From positions 13,828,001 to 13,892,000 of the forward strand of contig NC_087251.1 in the NCBI RefSeq assembly GCF_037042905.1: a DNA stretch of 64,000 nucleotides. The letters run 5' to 3'. How positions within the stretch are numbered: position 1 is the stretch's first letter; every line of letters begins with the position of its first letter. Made by a program: the position numbers and the translations under genes. Positions 61,677 to 64,000 of this stretch are shown here, one piece after another. This DNA is from Lytechinus pictus (Eukaryota). The notes beneath the pieces are model-generated. The model was not told the origin of the DNA. It was given only the letters and a program-made list of their open reading frames with translations, and ran no database searches.

Positions 61677-63897
61677 TACTACTACTTCTACTACTACTAC
61701 TACTACTGCTACTATTACTACTACTTATACTACTACTACTACTACTACTACTACTATTACTACTACTACTGTAGTATTTCATTCTATTATTGCAAACAGA
61801 ATGCGTTGTAGTATCTTGTGATCACTTTGTGAGTATAAAAAATATTTTGCAAATAAACATATATGATATATTCATTTTAAAAAGAAAATATTCCTTTCTT
61901 TTCATATTCTATAAAGCGATCCTCTGATAAGGAATTTATCAATTTGAATAGATTGTTTTGAGAGTTGTTTTGATAGTGAATCTGTTATCAACAACTCCTA
62001 ACCGGGATTCGTTTACACTGAAAATTTATGGTAAAGCCTTTCCTCGGAGCCATTCCACATTTCATTAATTGGAAATAATCATCCATGACAATAGCAACGC
62101 ATAACTTACATACCTCATACACAAAAATCCTTTCCTATTTTCGGAGCGTACACAATATTATTGTTTCTATTTTCTACCAGAATGTTACATATATTGCAAT
62201 AATATTTTCAACCTGAAACCCACGCTTGCAGATTATGGTCGAGTTAACAACGGAGAATAACAGAGCTTTTAAAAATCACAATGACTTTCGGGGGTAACTG
62301 TGCGGAAATAATCAAACAATAAACTCGAATGTCTGATGGAGTCTATTTACAAAGAGGAATTATTTATTTCAAATTTTGCGTGGTTTTGACCCTGCATAGA
62401 AATGACTCATGAAAATACACTGTCCTGTGGTATAATGGCTCAGCCGTGTTGAAAAGGGAAACTGTATGTATAATGATTCTAACTAACGAACGCAATGTCA
62501 GAGAATAATTATATTGGACATGCGGGTACATAGGTATTGTTTTACCAAAGGATTTTGATATAGTTCATCAAAATCAGTAAGAATTAATCTTTCAAGTACA
62601 TAAAATTATCAAAATTACATGAAGGCATATTGGGGTAGAAGTGTATGTCGATATAGTTGGTAAAATTCATTTGTCATTATGCCATAATGCCGCTACATAA
62701 TTATGTTAATCACTATAATGTTCACTCTTCTCTAGTATTTATGTCCTTGGTTTATTCAAGTGTATGACGTTTGAAATCATGATATAGGCCTACCAATTGA
62801 ATTAGGACAATAATGAGTTGCTTCTTTGTGTCCAGTGTGTGTCGTGTTTTCTTTTTGGATAAAAATAATGGACACTATACCTGCATGGTATAGGCTCTCG
62901 ATTTGAGTTGCACCTTTCTTTCTTTCTTAATATGTATATCATTTTTTCAGACACATTATAATCATCAAGGGCACAATGGTAAAAATTACACTCACAATGT
63001 ACCTTTGATAAACGCCCGAGGCATAGCCCAGGGTGTATGCCTGTTTCAGAAGCATTATGTTATTATATAATGCTCTATCAAAATTATGTAGGATTGATAT
63101 TTGATAACAATACGCCAGGCCCATGTAAGAAGGCTAAGCTAAGAGGTGTCACAGATTTTGTTACCTCCAAATTTTACTCATCCTCTCTCTTTCACATATA
63201 CATACACCCCTCACTACCGCCAAACATAGGCCTATGAGATTTCATAATTCTCTATACTTAAAAATGATGAAATGGCAACATTTTAGGTCTATATTCAGCA
63301 GTCCTACTATAGAAATATGTTGTGTCACAACGCAAGCAAAGCAAATAACTGATAGAGACATTTCGTTGAATTATGACACGATCAATAATAGATAATTGAA
63401 TTACAGTTGACCCCTTGGTCGAGGACAAAGAGTTTCGTTTCCTGTTCACCCATCTCATTTTGAAAACAAAGACAACCCTACCAATAAATGTTACCATACA
63501 AAACAAAATACGTAGGCCTCCGCGGGGTAGGCCTACACATGATTGCAAATTCATTCCTTCACATTCATTACATCCCATATTTTCCTGTATAATCATGATA
63601 ATACTTCTCTCTCTATATTGATGCCAGGTCACACTTGGTCACCAGGGTCAATGCATGGTCAGTGCAAAGATTTCCCTGGTCGGACTCAATGAACAACAGT
63701 TGTATTCACCTATAAAGCAGTAGTAACCATCATGAGTAGGCTACAGTGGATATATTTGTATTTTGACCGAGTATAAAAATATTGATACTGACCTTTCCTG
63801 GAACCGATGGTCTAGGAACACAGCAGAAGCAACATCTTAGAAAGCATAGCTTGCATTTGCTTGGCCCTTTAGGCTTGATGTCTCCTAGATCGGGCAT
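58991..63897 (-). CDS. Putative 42-aa cysteine-rich, basic microprotein (spliced)
   Basis: Exon 63897-63793 (ACCATG context; AAG|GTCAGT donor) plus exon from 59014 (TTTTTCAG acceptor) gives MPDLGDIKPKGPSKCKLCFLRCCFCCVPRPSVPGKKKKCGCC*. Exon 2 ends at 58935 (GTAAGT) and a further exon starts at 56850 behind a strong polypyrimidine-CAG acceptor. An additional internal exon cannot be excluded. Confidence 0.55.
60630..60900 (+). mobile_element. Decayed CR1/L2-group LINE fragment
   Basis: LLARLRHSIDQKNMKIVYNAIILPMFYYSDI..YIDSLQILQNRA across a frameshift; same RT C-terminal region as at ~18300-18600. Confidence 0.6.
61300..61770. repeat. Compound ATT/CAT/ACT microsatellite
   Basis: Consecutive trinucleotide runs. 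Confidence 0.95.
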
Positions 63898-64000
63898 GGT
63901 GATGATGGAGATGATGTAAAAACACCGCTATATGCGAGACAATACACGAGATAACGCGTGGACGGTATGAGATTGGTGCTTGCAAATCAATGAATGAATG

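Noticed and set aside
63687..63710. Alternative short last exon (TTTATAG|VNTTVVH*) for the microprotein
   Set aside because: Possible after an 82-nt intron, but there is no independent support, whereas the 59014 exon has strong sites at both ends and continues the Cys/Lys pattern.

Overview
AT-rich, intron-containing animal genomic DNA; the repeat landscape looks echinoid (sea urchin-like), which is an inference. Three genes can be reconstructed with in-phase GT-AG exons: a CCDC175-like coiled-coil gene (- strand, running off the left edge), PIGH (+, 5 exons, 215 aa) head-to-head with it, and a CREBZF/Zhangfei-like bZIP gene (+, single coding exon, 382 aa). A probable spliced 42-aa Cys-rich microprotein gene (-) near the right edge is missed by the ORF track. 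Most intergenic DNA is non-autonomous transposons. These include a nested stack centred on a 14.2-kb TIR-bounded EnSpm/CACTA-type element (23271-37466) and a 4.5-kb Academ-type palindrome, plus hAT, piggyBac-like, Helentron-associated and Crypton-like elements, a tRNA-derived SINE and decayed LINEs. The most unusual unexplained signal is a ~400-nt, densely base-paired, multi-junction fold (9063-9460), followed by a second folded block (9708-9960). Both lie antisense in CCDC175 intron 1 and match no RNA family I can recognise by eye. All analysis was manual; no searches or folding programs were run.
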